This document shows positions 1 to 12,667 of a stretch of DNA of 64,000 nt, piece after piece; position 1 is the first letter of the stretch; every line of letters begins with the position of its first letter. The notes under the pieces are model-generated. The model made no database searches and was not told the origin of the DNA. It saw only the letters and a list, made by a program, of their open reading frames with translations. Both the position numbers and the translations under genes were made by a program. Source of the stretch: Octopus vulgaris (Eukaryota); contig OX597823.1 in the NCBI GenBank assembly GCA_951406725.2, positions 23,250,001-23,314,000 of the forward strand, in the 5' to 3' direction.

Positions 1-665
1 CAGTCATTAAAATGGTCTTTTGGCTCCCTCCATATCATTGGAATGGCAAAATGCATGGACTTCTTATTGAACCAGTCATGTAAGCCATTTGAGCAAGCTG
101 AGCAGATAAAATGTGGTGCCCATAAATTGTCCTGATCTCCAAGAAGATAGTCAAAGTATAGCTTATAAATCTTCTTGTTATTGTACGTTTTTGAGCTTTG
201 ACAATAAATTGTCCACAGACAATAAAACACATCAGGACGATTTCTACACTGTCTTCCCATTGTTAACACTGCAAAACAAGTAAGGAAATCGATACAAACA
301 GTTATACTGAATTTGAGATGATGAGATATTTCATCAGACCAAATATGACTAGACAATTTGAGATGTTGAAATACCTATTTCATCAGACAAAACAGGGTTA
401 GTTAATTTAAGATGATGAAATATTGCATCTGAACAATGCAACAATGAATAATGTAATTTATTTTAAAGGTATGTTTCCATATGAAATACATGCCTATGCA
501 TTAATTGTAATTTCTATATAATGCATGAGCTAAAACCATAAAACTTTCACATCTTGAAAACTGTACGTGATATCAAAAAACTAATTGCATATTTGAAATC
601 AGCATTAAAAACTACACTAAGTACATGTTGATATATGCTTGATAAAAAATACTTGTTGACCAGTG
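1..665 (-). mobile_element. Chapaev3-like (CMC superfamily) DNA transposon, 5' end and frameshifted transposase N-terminus; continues beyond window start
   Basis: Minus strand of 1-170 reads YKLYFDYLLGDQDNLWAPHFICSACSNGLHDWFNKKSMHFAIPMIWREPKDHFNDC, the GDQD.WAPH..C..C / PM.WREP..H..DC motif I recall from Chapaev3 transposases. The terminus reads CACTGGTCAACAAG on the minus strand (ends at 665) and is flanked by TAA, matching CAC termini and a TWA target. Family assignment is from memory. Confidence 0.65.
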
Positions 666-1402
666 TAATGGTTTCTAATTTAGGCAAATGCTGGCAATTT
701 TAAAGGAAAGGCGTTAGTCAATACTTTAGACCCTAATGCTTGACTGGTACTTTATTTTATCAACCCTGAAAGTCAATGATGACCTCATTAGGTTTTGAAT
801 TCAGAATGTAAAGAACTAGAAAGAATAACACGTTACATTTTTTCTGGTAATCTAGTGATTCTGCTGACTCACCATGTTATTGCTACCGTTAATAACAACA
901 ACAATATTTAGGTGGTTTCACACCTTCCACTGCCCAAGTAATTCCTTCAAATCAGAACCAAGGACCACCCTTATAATGTGGGAAAACGGATTTAAATGGT
1001 AAAAAAAATTTTTTTTGAATATAATTTTATTATATTTCTTTTTTATGATAATAATGATAACAAATGTTTTGTTGATAAAATAATGGTTTATGGGAACATC
1101 CTATGCGGTCAATTGTATAAGGAGTGAAAATAAATTCTCTTTAAACATTTATTGTTTAAAAAATATGAACGTTATTCTGTATTATATTAAACAAAGCAAA
1201 AAAGGTAAAAATAAAACCCTTTGGTGTTTTGTGATATTTTCTTAAAAACCATACAGTCCTCTCAGTGAAATGTTTTTCTTCTATAGAAACAGTAGCAGTT
1301 ATGTTTGGTGTTACATCTTATTAAAATAGCTTCCAATACTGGACATATGTTGATGGTTTATGCTCTGTCTCATAAAAAAGCTACCTTGTTTGTGGTCTAG
1401 AC

Positions 1403-1577
1403 CAGTGTGCCGCAACATACTGGTGTGTTACAAGACGATGCTAGGTGTGCCACTGTGTAACCTGAATATAATTATTTTCCCCCTATACTTTTAGTTATAT
1501 TTTTAGTTCAGGTGTGCTGCTGAATTTTGAAAAGAATATAAGTGTATTGCAAGTGAAAAAAAGGTTGCTGAGCACTG
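1403..1577. mobile_element. hAT (Charlie-like) MITE
   Basis: CAGTG...CACTG termini with a perfect 8-bp TSD GTCTAGAC at 1395-1402 and 1578-1585. Confidence 0.8.
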
Positions 1578-3285
1578 GTCTAGACACTTAATATTCACTC
1601 ACTCCTCCAAGATGTAAATAAATGCCAATGCTAGCATCATTACATTGCTACTCTCAACCACCAGACGTTGCAAGTTGAGCCTCTACCAGATAATTTGTTT
1701 CTATGTTGGGTTATTTCATCTTACTATTTTAATCCCTTTTGGATTACAGGAATTTCACTGAAGAGTTTGTTTTCATGGGTTAAGAAATTCAAATCACAAC
1801 TATGTGGGTTCAGATTTGATCCCCATTGCACTGCATCTTGGTCCAATGTTTTCTGCTGGAGCCTCCAGTTGACCAATATCTTATTAAATTTAGCAGAGAC
1901 AGAAACTGTGCAGAAACCTGCCATACACAAATTCACACACACACACACGCATACTCTGCCTTGGGAGCGAATTTAGTAGATGGAAACTGTAGGAAGCCCA
2001 GAGTGTGTGTTTGTGTGAATATGCAAGAATTGATACTCAACAGTTTTACTTTCACCACTTGAGTGGTTGCGCTACACTTTCGAAGAGCTGTGAAATAAAA
2101 CAGCAAACAGGTAAGGGTTTATGACAAGAAGGGCTTCTGATTGTAAAATGTTGTCATTCAACTGAAATCACCATAGTTAAACGAATGCACAAACTCTCTC
2201 TTGCACACACACACATATTTACATATATGTGTATTGGGTGAATATATACTGACTATGAAGATACGCCAATGTATCAAACGAAAATAGCTTGTAAGATTTG
2301 TTGCTAATATGCTCCATTACAACCATTACCATCAATGTACAAGTGAATAGTCTGTGGCGAAATCATCTATAATTAACGATGCTATTGTTCATAAAATACA
2401 TGATAGAAAAAAAGATAGACTAATACCCTGCAGACCTCTCCAAGCCTTATGCATAGGGAATCTGAACTAAGCACTGCAAATTAAGAAAACAATTATTAGT
2501 TTAACTATCACATTGTACTACTCAACTTTACATATTTACAACCATGTTGAACAGTTTGACTGTTGTCATGGACACTGGCAGTACCAATGACAGCATATGA
2601 ACAACAAACCTCAAGTTGTCATTTGGTGTCAAATTTACTTCCTGTCCTTGGTCTTAAACAGCAATAATCTTGCTACTTGAGGAAACTTTTGTAATTAATG
2701 CATTTCATTAACTTGCATGGCAGAGTTGTAGTTCTCTTTTTGAAATGAGATTGGCTATAAGTGAACCAGTCTCTAAGAGGTGTTGGAATTTACAGGGTCA
2801 TCAAAGAATTTCTAGCAACACCGTCAATGATGCAGGGGTGAAAAGAGCAGTGACACCAAAACAAATTTCTTTCAAATTAGATTCTTACAGTCTTTAACAA
2901 AAAAAAGGATGTTGGATAATGTTGCCTTCACTACTCGCTGCTTGACAGAGTTAGGATCGTCATGGCTGGAATATTCATTAATGTAGCTTTATTGAATGAG
3001 GACCAACTTGGAGCTGAAGAACAGCAAAACTTATGCTTATATATTAAGTGGAGATAAAATGTGACATTGACAACTTAGCCAATCATATTTGTAACTTAAA
3101 GGGAGGTGACTGCGAAAAGCAATCAAGTTGATCGATTTCATGTGCTATAAGTTTAAGACCATTCTTATTGATACTTAAAAAAAATATGCAGAATGTGAAT
3201 AATAGTGTGTTGAGTATAAGTTTCAATAGGTCTGTCACTGATTAAATGCATTTCTTATGGTGAGAACAGCATTATTATTTCCAGT

Positions 3286-3663
3286 AGGCGCAGGAGTGGC
3301 TGTGTGGTAAGTAGCTTGCTAACCAACCACACGGTTCCGGGTTCAGTCCCACTGCGTGGCATCTTGGCAAGTGTCTTCTGCTATAGCCCCGGGCCGACCA
3401 ATGCCTTGTGAGTGGATTTGGTAGACGGAAACTGAAAGAAGCCTGTCATATGTGTGTGTGTATGTGTTTGTCCCCCTAGCATTGCTTGACAACCGATGCT
3501 GGTGTGTTTACATCCCCATCACTTAGCGGTTCGGCAAAAGAGACCGATAGAATAAGTACTGGGCTTACAAAGAATAAGTCCCGGGGTCGATTTGCTCGAC
3601 TAAAGGTGGTGCTCCAGCATGGCCGCAGCCAAATGACTGAAACAAGTAAAAGAGTAAAGAGAG
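3286..3663 (+). mobile_element. tRNA-derived SINE, family A (full length)
   Basis: A-box/B-box-like head (GGAGTGGCTGTGTGGTAAG...GGTTCAGTCCC), internal (TG/TA)n and a 3' tail CCAGCATGGCCGCAG..TGACTGAAACAAGTAAAAGAG. Near-identical copies at 20211, 41237 and 42857. Confidence 0.85.
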
Positions 3664-6600
3664 TAGACTAACATTCAATCCAGGTGGTTCTGTTTCTCAT
3701 CATAACACTGCAAAAATCCAATTTAATCTCTAGAGTTTATTGCTCCTTATCATTAAGTAAAAGGATTCATTTTTTTTTCTATGAATGTTACTTTGCAGCT
3801 ATTAAGTAAATAAATTTAATAAATGAAAATATGCCAAGTGGTGTTGTACCTTATTGTAAACTCCACTTGCAAAGATGTAACTTATGTTTGGTTCCTTGTA
3901 GCTATTTTAGCTGATCTGTTAATGACTAGAATAAACATGTCAACCCTTCAATCCCTACATTTACATGAAACCTGTATGTTTTAACATCTATTGATGGATA
4001 TTTATGATTAGAAAAATTCAAGTAATTGACGTATATCATATTTATACTGACCTGCATGTCACGTACATCTTTTTCCTTCAGTGACTCTCAGGATTCTGGT
4101 CCCTTGCTCCCATTTCTTTCACATCTTCTCTCCATTTTTGCCTATTAAAATGTTGTATAGCTCTAGACCACCACTCCTTACACAAGCTACCCTATCATCT
4201 TTTCAATTATATCCTTACTTTTTCTCAGCCCTTCTTCAGTGATATGTCTGCAACTGTCTCTCTTGGAATGACATCTTTGACTCCTTTCCAGTCATTAGTA
4301 CTGTAAAGCAAGGCTGTACACTTGCCAAATGATGTTTGCATAATTTCTGGGTGCTATGCTTGAAAGCATGAATCTCCTGAGAGGAATGCATATCTACACA
4401 AAAGTGGGCAGTAGGTTGTCAGATCCACTAGGAAATGCTGAAATATGCATAATCACAAGCTTCTCTTCACTTATAATCAGTTTTGTTTTAGTAGCTTATG
4501 CCTTGAAGACATCCAGAAAATTAGAATCACTTTGAATGGCTGGTGACAGCTTTGGCCTATCATGTAGAGACAACATAGGATCAAAAGGAGCCTTAAACTT
4601 GTCTTGTTGAGGACATGAAAACCTCTCTGTTTTTTAAACCATAATAAAATGCTGCCAGTACATTCTGTAAAGTGACTGGTGATAGGAAGGACATCTAACC
4701 TTAGAAACCACGTGAAACTTAATGTCTGAGTGAGGACGACCTGTCTAGAAATACAATAACTTTGAATAACAGCTGACTTGGTCAGCAATGATCCATTCAA
4801 TCTATATCAACATGGAAAGATGTAATACGTGATGTTGATAATGAAGATATATGCATATGCTTGTGTGTATAGAGATCAACATCATCATCATCATCACGAT
4901 CATGATCATCATCATCATTTTATGTCTATTTTCTATATTAGCATAGGATTAGCAACCACCAAATCGCAGTGCAGGGGACCCCATAAGATGCTATGTATAG
5001 CGACTTATTTCTTGCAATTATAAACTGGGTTAGATTTAATTGACTATACCCTTACCCACCTACTTAAAAAACATTTTGACTATGTGATTATGTAAATTAT
5101 TAGGGATCCTATGAAGATTTGGAACAAATACCATACAATGTGAATTTGCAATCTGATTTCAAGCCCTACCAGTTATGATTAATTTTTATCCTTCTGGGTT
5201 TGACAATATTTGAATGCATTTTGCACTACTATTATAACAGAAAATATCCGTTATATAATTACGTGTACAACCATATTCCAATCTTGTTTTGTTGTTCATA
5301 CAACTCTTAGTCATTTCAACAAACATATGACATACTTGATATGATATGCTTCAATAAACATATGACATGCTTAATAAAACTAGGATGTGTGTTGGTGATG
5401 ATGGTGGATCTCCAGTGTTTAACAATAAGGATTCAGCTTTTTGATGAATTGAATTATTTGCTCCTGGACATGTGTATTCATAATATAATTCTGGGCTTTC
5501 ATATTGTTTCCATCTACTCAGTTTTACTCAATTCATCAAATAGCTGATTCTGAGGCTTTAGAAAATTGCATTTGTCCAAGATTCTATACAGTAGGCCCTC
5601 TTGGTTGCAAAGCAAACTTTTTAACACTTTGGTCATACAGGGACATGGATTCAATATCTAAATAACTTGTTAAAAAACTAAATTTTCACTCTCTCACACA
5701 CATGCATGCACTCATGCACACAAATCTCCAAAGTTGTCATTTTGTCTATGGAAACAAGGTTAACTGTTTAGTTAAAAGGTTTCTTTGCAAGTGTTTAAGG
5801 TTTTGATTCTACTGAGTGATACCTTGAGCAAGTATTTTCTACCATAGCTTAAAATCAATCAAAGCCTTATGAGTGAAATTTGGTTGACAGAAACCATGCA
5901 GAAGTTTGTTGAAGGTATTATTCCTGGTTTTGTTTGACAGACTTAATCTGCCACCTGATGGAACATTACTACCTTATCCATAGCTGCCTTTGGTGGAGTT
6001 CACTTTGTTGCAAGCCTTTAAACCAGGTTTCCTGTCTAAGATTAACTTCTCCTCTTCTTCTCGCTAACCTTTGAGGTCTTGGAAGAAATCATAGGCTCTA
6101 TCTTTCCACCACTGACTTGTCAATAAAAGAAAAATAAATGAAAAAGAAAAATATTGATAAAAATATTCAGAACAGGTAAACAAGTTATCAAGCAAACAAA
6201 CTGGACAAAAAACAGTGGTACCGCACAGTTTGGTGGTTAGATATGTTAGACAAGAGAAATGAAATCAGACAAGCACAAAATATATTTTGCTTCATAGTTT
6301 TTGATAATTTCAGTGATGATTGTTAACGTAAATTTTATATAATACTTTGAAATGTATGGGAAAAGAATTTTTCTTAATAATGAGACAACTCAGGTGTCAG
6401 CTGTAAGTAATCAGTTTTAGCATCGTCAAAGCGCTTTTCATAAATTCATAAATGATTCTTTAGAACCATTTTCATAGTTGGCTTTGAAATAAATGGAAAA
6501 TATTCATAATATTTCAGCTGTGTATTTGTAAGCTTTTTTTCTCCTTCTATTTCCTTTGAAAATCATTTCACTTTTAATCTTCATCATAATTTGCCTCAGT

Positions 6601-6889
6601 TCTGTATTTAATGTCACTTACTTTTAGAAACTACCAGTTACATTTAGAAGAAGAGAAAAAGAAGTAGTGAATGGACTATTTTTGTGAGAACTCTAACAGA
6701 CCTTAACAAAATATTTATTTTATTTTTTTAAAAATTCTAATAGTATATTTACATGTACATAATATAGATTATTGAATAAATAAATAAGTAATAAGGACAA
6801 AAAGAAAAAAAGAATGAAAGAAAGTGTATGCACATATATATACATGAATAAAAAAAAATGAATGAAAGAATATATATATATATATATAT

Positions 6890-7250
6890 GAAGTTATATA
6901 AGGCTTGTTTATTGGATTACCCTGGGTTTCACATCCATAAAGCACTTTACAGTGTATCATCAGATCCAAAACCTGTAGGATTATGGCCTCTAGCAAGCGG
7001 CCTCTCTAGAAAATGGAGGAAGAAAGGACCTCGCTACTCAATGTCAAGAAGAGATGATTGTCTCCCTTTGGCTATTGATCATAAATGACCCTGTTATCTT
7101 GTAGGTTCCAAGATAACATGAATTTCCTGAAATGCAAGCATGGTCTGAAGACCTCTGTTCTAGAGTTAAGGATGTTCCCTGGGTTGAGGGAGTTCTTTAG
7201 TATCCTAGCCTGTTCTGTTATGCACAGTTTACAATGCTTGCTCCCATTAT
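6890..7250 (-). mobile_element. Penelope-like element 3' fragment (GIY-YIG C-terminus plus pLTR with hammerhead)
   Basis: Minus ORF 7072-7335 contains YNGSKHCKLCITEQARIL...LNSRTEVFRPCLHFRKF, homologous to 12190-12330. Flanked on both sides by (TA)n. Confidence 0.75.
6912..6969 (-). ncRNA. Minimal type-I hammerhead ribozyme motif
   Basis: Minus strand reads TTGGAT-CTGATGA-[tacactgtaaagtgctttatggatgt, stem II]-GAAA-CCCAGGG-TA-ATCCAA. Stem I TTGGAT/ATCCAA pairs, the core is intact and the cleavage triplet is GUA. Confidence 0.8.
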
Positions 7251-7339
7251 ATATATATATATGCCAATAACACCATGAGCTGAAAAGGACCTCCTGGAAG
7301 AGTATTCCATAACTAATGATTTGGGATATACACACAGAG

Positions 7340-7850
7340 AAGTTGCCGAATTTTATTGTAACTGGTTATCAGAAGAGAGGCTGCATACATACCAGCAAAA
7401 GGTCATACATAGCTATATTTTCAGAAGGCTTCCAAAGGGACAGCAACATTGACAACCAGAGTAGCCTATCCTGGACTAACAACCTAGTTATTAGCTATCA
7501 CTTTGAATGGTATGCATTTGCAATGTAGGAGCAGAAAATAGCCCCAACATAGAAGAGATAGGGATCATCATGGTATTACTTACCTATGAAGCTTTATGTT
7601 ATTGCTAGAATACCATATAATAAAAATCATAGAAAGGATAATCTCGAGATGATAATTATAAGAAGCTACAATGAGGTGGAGGGCATAGCCACATGTATCT
7701 GAAAGAATAAAGGTAGAATGTCTCTGCCAAGACTTCAATAAAATTCAAGCACAACAGACCAGACATAATGTTCTGATACAAAGATAAAAAAAAAATCTAT
7801 GCACAGTTGTTGAAATCAGTTGTCCATTGCTGTCAACATAATGTTAAGGA
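7340..7850 (+). mobile_element. Degenerate R4/Dong-clade non-LTR retrotransposon 3' fragment (REL endonuclease region)
   Basis: Homologous to the minus-strand copy at 49927-50700 (QSSLSWTN, HFE.YAFA.QEQ, HNRPDI, VEISCP motifs), with stops and frameshifts. Confidence 0.65.
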
Positions 7851-8055
7851 TTTTCAAGCCAAGAAATGACCATTTAACTCAATCTCTATAGAAACAATAT
7901 ATAAGTGGAACAATGAAAATATACAAGACTTGCTTGAAATTCTATGTGTAATAATTATTGTTATTATTCAAACTCCAATGATGGAGCTTTTGTTTCTTTG
8001 TTAGAAATTACTTCACTCATTCTAGAAAGAATATTAATAAATAGAAAGGAGAAAA

Positions 8056-8250
8056 ATACATACATACATGCATACATACATACGTACGTACATACGTATG
8101 TACGTACGTACATACATACATACATACATACATATATACATACATACATACGTACATACATACATTCATACATACATACATACGTACATACATACATACA
8201 CACATACATACATACATACATACACATTTGTATACATACATACTTATATA
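8056..8250. repeat. (TACA)n microsatellite
   Basis: Direct inspection. It is the source of the spurious HTYI/MYVC ORFs. Confidence 0.95.
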
Positions 8251-9232
8251 TACCATCAGTATTCTATGCTATTGAAGTGTTTTATTTGAAGTGTCATATG
8301 AGATCTAACACTTTGAATCAATACTTTGATAACAGAGCAACAAAGCAATGCTATTCAAAAACTATCGTATTGAATTATTTATTTACTTTTCCTATGCAAT
8401 CCTCTTTTCAATCAAACTTTCTTTGCAGATGTTTTCTCTCTATCATTATTTATGTGATTCTCTACCATCATTCCCTACACCTAACATAACCATAATGTAG
8501 CCAATATCCATAAAGTAAAGCTCCCAGTTGCCACATTTTTTCGCTTGACTGCTTGTTTTTCTATCTGCTATGGTGCAAGAATGGCTGTGTGGTTAAGAAA
8601 TGTGTATATGTGTATGTATGCATACATATACGCATAAACATCAAAGTTTAACCAATGGTTATGCCACAGACTTGGTTCGATACAACTTGGCATCAGTGTT
8701 GTCACAAGTCTTGATATTAGAATGCAAAGAGCCAGGAAAGATATTGTAAGATATCTTGCCCCCAAGATCTCAAACACTCCCATTAACCTACTGACATGGA
8801 TTAGTAATTTATTTTACAGGATCCCAAAAAGATGAAAGGCAAAGTTGACCTTTGTGAGATTCAAACTCAGAGCCCAGAGAATCAGAACAATTGCTGCAAA
8901 GTATTCTATTCAACATTCTAATGACTGCTAATTCATTGCTAACTGCATCATATCTGTTGTACCTACAGTCCTAGTTTCTAGTTAGCTTGTTAGGGATGTC
9001 ACTCTATTGTATGTGTTTTCATTTCTTTTGCTGAGCTCCTAACAACATGTTTCCTAAGTATCAAGTAAGATCATTACTCAGAAGGCACAGGGCTTTCACA
9101 GTCTCTGTAACTACTTACAAATACATACACACAGATACACATATATGCATTCACCTACATATACACTCATATGCATACACACAAATACAGACATACACAC
9201 ACATATGCACATGCACACACACACACACACAC

Positions 9233-9455
9233 ATTCTTTTATTTTTTTATTCTTTTACTTGTTTTGGTCATTTCACTGCAGTCATGCTTGAGCATCACTT
9301 TTAGTCAAATAAATCGACCCCAGGACTTATTCTTTGTAAGCCTAGTACTTATTCTCTCACCCTCTTTTGCCAAACTACTAAATTACAGAGATGTAAAAAC
9401 ACCAGCATCAGTTGTCAAGCATTGATAAGGTGGACAAAGACAGATACACAAACAC
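9233..9455 (-). mobile_element. SINE family A, 3' half
   Basis: Reverse complement of 3470-3660. Confidence 0.75.
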
Positions 9456-9670
9456 ATATATATATAGTATAAACAGAGTCAGTGGTTATAATAACCGACT
9501 ATGGGATAAAATATCCGTATATACTATCGCTATCCATTATCCGTATTATCCTCAGATATGGGTGTGCAGGTACACTGTGCAAATAGAGTGCAGGTAACAA
9601 CAGGATAAAAAAGAGTTTATCAGGAAACAACAGGATAAACAAGAGTTTATCAGGAAACAAATACAAATAG

Positions 9671-9866
9671 TCAGAAAATGGAGAAAACCTCAGATTAACA
9701 AACACATCGATTGGAGAACATTTATAGCTTAATTTTTAATACAAAGCATGACATAACAAATAGGTGACATCACCTATTTGTTATGTCATGCTTTGTATTA
9801 AAAATTAAGCTATAAATGTGGTCCAATCGATGTGTTTGTTAATCTGAGGTTTTCTCCATTTTCTGA
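9671..9866. repeat. Near-perfect palindrome, 97-bp arms, 2-nt loop
   Basis: 9671-9767 is the reverse complement of 9770-9866 with 2 mismatches. The centre is GGTGA-ca-TCACC. Confidence 0.95.
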
Positions 9867-9981
9867 TCATTTGTGTGTGTGTGTGTGTGTGTGTGTGTAT
9901 TCAGATGAATATGGTACTTAAGTTGAGGCACCTGAATTTAGTATAGTATTATCCATACAATTTCAAAATAAGGTGATTATA

Positions 9982-10139
9982 ATCAAAATAAGCAACAAGG
10001 ATATCCAGAGTTAATGCAGCTGAAGATTGCATTACATTTTAAATTGATGTTATGAAATGACTGCATTGTTCAATTAAATGGAGTTGCATGAAACGATCGT
10101 ACTGCATTACCTCTGGATATCCTTGTTGCTTATTTTGAT
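9982..10139 (+). ncRNA. Hammerhead ribozyme motif closed by a 38-bp stem I
   Basis: 9982-10019 pairs with 10102-10139 (1 mismatch). CTGAAGA at 10020-10026, GAAA at 10090-10093, palindromic stem III CGATCG, then TA (GUA site). Confidence 0.7.
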
Positions 10140-10859
10140 ACATACATACAAACATATATATATGTATACATATATAGCAATCTCAAGATTAATCATCTGA
10201 AATTGCGAGGATGATCCAGTTCTATTCTGAAGATTAAAGGGTTCGAATGACCCGTCCGTTTTTTTTGTATTGTCTATTTGGATGTTTTGCGTTCTTGTCC
10301 CATTTTGTATTTTTATATATATACAAGCAAAACGCATCCTGTCCAATGGACAGTGCTGAGTTGTCAAACATTTAAACCAAATTTTCTCAAAACAACTTGT
10401 CCAACTGTCCCATAGGCCTCCCCTTTGAGAAACACTGATTTAACCTAAATTTGAGACACCAGCAAAAGAAGAAATAAAGATAGACTTTTTTTCTGTTCCA
10501 AAGAAAAACGATTTTATTCACACAAATAAGCAACCGAAGAGTTTGAAGTACCAGTAATGATAAGGCTGTTGACTGGGAGAATACAAACATGGTTTAAACA
10601 GTAAGCTTGCCAGGAAAGAAATGTGCCTTTAAGCATTACAAAAACAACAAAAAATGGAAAGTGCAGTTATGTACAGGTTGACGGAAGAAAAGCAGGACAA
10701 AAACAATGCATGCAAATGGATTAGCTGGAGGTAAACCTAGTTGGAAAAGCATGATGAATTTATGAGAATGTACCTGGGACAATAATAAGTTTATCCGATA
10801 AAACGTAGGAAACTGCACGTGTATTCTTCTTGCGTACACATAGTATTGATCACAACAGC

Positions 10860-11055
10860 TGATGTACTTGCATGTACAAATGCACGTTCCCACGGCTTTA
10901 TCGCTCGCATTCTCACCTGGAATCAATTTTTGTAATTTTTTCAAGACTTATACATGCTCTGATACCGTCAGTATCTACATATCAAATTTGAGCACAATCG
11001 GATGGAGGATGCCCAAGATCTTAGATGACACAGACAGACAGAATGGATTTTATAT

Positions 11056-11060
<5 letters not shown>
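10860..11060 (-). mobile_element. Possible Helitron/Helentron-derived (DINE-like) non-autonomous fragment
   Basis: Minus strand begins TATTATATAAAATCCATTCTGTCTGTCTGTGTC...CCGATTGTGCTCAAATTTG, an architecture typical of such elements. No coding evidence. Confidence 0.4.
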
Positions 11061-11100
<40 letters not shown>

Positions 11101-11101
<1 letters not shown>

Positions 11102-12640
11102 CTACAAAATTTTATATCTTGGACATAGAGTTACCCAAGGTTTCACATCCACAAAGACAAAGCCTGGTGGACAAAATTTTTTTAATTTCTACATCAAAGA
11201 TGTGAGGAAACGTTCAGAAAACGAGAAATACGTTTTAACAAAAAAAATTTAAAAAGTTAATGAGGACGGGTTATTTCCCCTGAATTAGAGGCAAAAAAAC
11301 CCAACTCTGATAGACCCAAAATGTCCTAACTAGCAAAGCGGGAGATTCAATTTTCCAGTAAGTAGTGCTTGAAGTGGACACATTTAGAAAACACCTCTTT
11401 CTGATTATTTAATATGCCAGGTTTTGTATAGTCCTTAAGAATTTTGACTCTTTCTATAAATAGAAAAGAGTCTCCTTTAGTTGTGCACCTAACATAAAAA
11501 AAAACATTTTTACAAGTAACCACAATACAAGGGAGGAGGCAAGTTGCCCTTGCAGGGTATAAAATAATGTCCAGTAGGAGGCTGATGCGAGGCTGAAGGG
11601 GTCATCTATGAGTCTATGTTGATGCCTGGACCTGCTATCAGCAATAGCAGTATTGTACCATCCAACAGTAGATTAACCAGATCTCAAGCCAGCACAATTG
11701 TCACGCCCAGAGATAATAACCAGTCTGGAACCAGTATCACAGAGAGCATCACTGAAGACCCTGGTACCATCGCTACAGATAATGAACAATCCACAGACAA
11801 AGATAGAGTGACCAGGCCCATTGCATATGTTACCACAGGTACAATCAATGTGCCTAAAAATGATGACCAATCTAGGACCTGTAACATAGATGAGGTATCT
11901 GCTGTTACCAGTATCACCGTAGATGATGACCAAATACTTACCTTCAATACCGAAAGGATGGCTGGCCTCACACTATCTGCTACCAGGAGTGCAATTAGGG
12001 TCACATCCCATGTTTGTGAATATATTGGATCTGTGAGTACTTCCTTCAAGCAACGTTTTCTTAACCACCAGTTATCCTTCAGAGTCCCAGAAATTCAGTT
12101 TGTCATGTACCTGGCTTATCATGTGTGGCACCTCAAAGATCAAGGGATCTCGGTGATATCAGGTAGAAATTAATTGATCATCCAGGCCCATATATTAATG
12201 GAAGTGGCTGCATCATGGAGAGAGCCAAAATTCTTAAGGACTATACAAAACCTGGCATATTGAATAGTTGGAAAGAAATGTTTTCTAAATGTATCCACTT
12301 CAAGCTCTACTTACTCGAAAATTGGATCGACTCTTTTGCTAGTTAGACCTTTTCAAGAGTTGTTTTTACGTCTAGTTCTGGGGAAATAACCTGTCTTCAT
12401 TAATGTTATTTTGTTAAGATGTATTTCTCTTTTTCTGCATGTTTCCTCATGTCTGTGACATAGAAATAAAAAATTTTTTGTCTTTTTATATAGAGTCTGA
12501 TGAGCTGTTCACAAGGCTTTGGTTTTGTGGATGTGAAACCATGACTAACTCTATGTTCAAGATATAACATTTTGTTGTAATAATTACGGCTCTATTCTTT
12601 AGAGTGTGCTCCTTCCTGATATATGTTTTTTTATTAACTA
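11101..12640 (+). mobile_element. Penelope-like retroelement remnant with inverted 3'-end duplication
   Basis: CPCR..CPVGG*CEAEGVIY (11545-11609), YIGSVSTSFKQRFLNHQLSF..LAYHVWHLKDQG and LNSWKEMFSKCIH form a GIY-YIG endonuclease. About 350 bp at 11101-11455 is an inverted copy of 12218-12580, the typical PLE tail structure. Starts at a (TA)n tract. Confidence 0.85.
12490..12554 (+). ncRNA. Type-I hammerhead motif in PLE pLTR (stem III mutated)
   Basis: ATAGAGT-CTGATGA-stem II-GAAA-CCATGAC-TA-ACTCTAT. The inverted copy at 11124-11170 preserves GAAA-CCTTGGG-TA-ACTCTAT but has lost the CTGATGA core. Confidence 0.7.
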
Positions 12641-12667
12641 CACACACACACACACACACACATATGT

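Noticed and set aside
3286-3360. tRNA gene
   Set aside because: A/B-box-like head of a multi-copy SINE with no complete cloverleaf.
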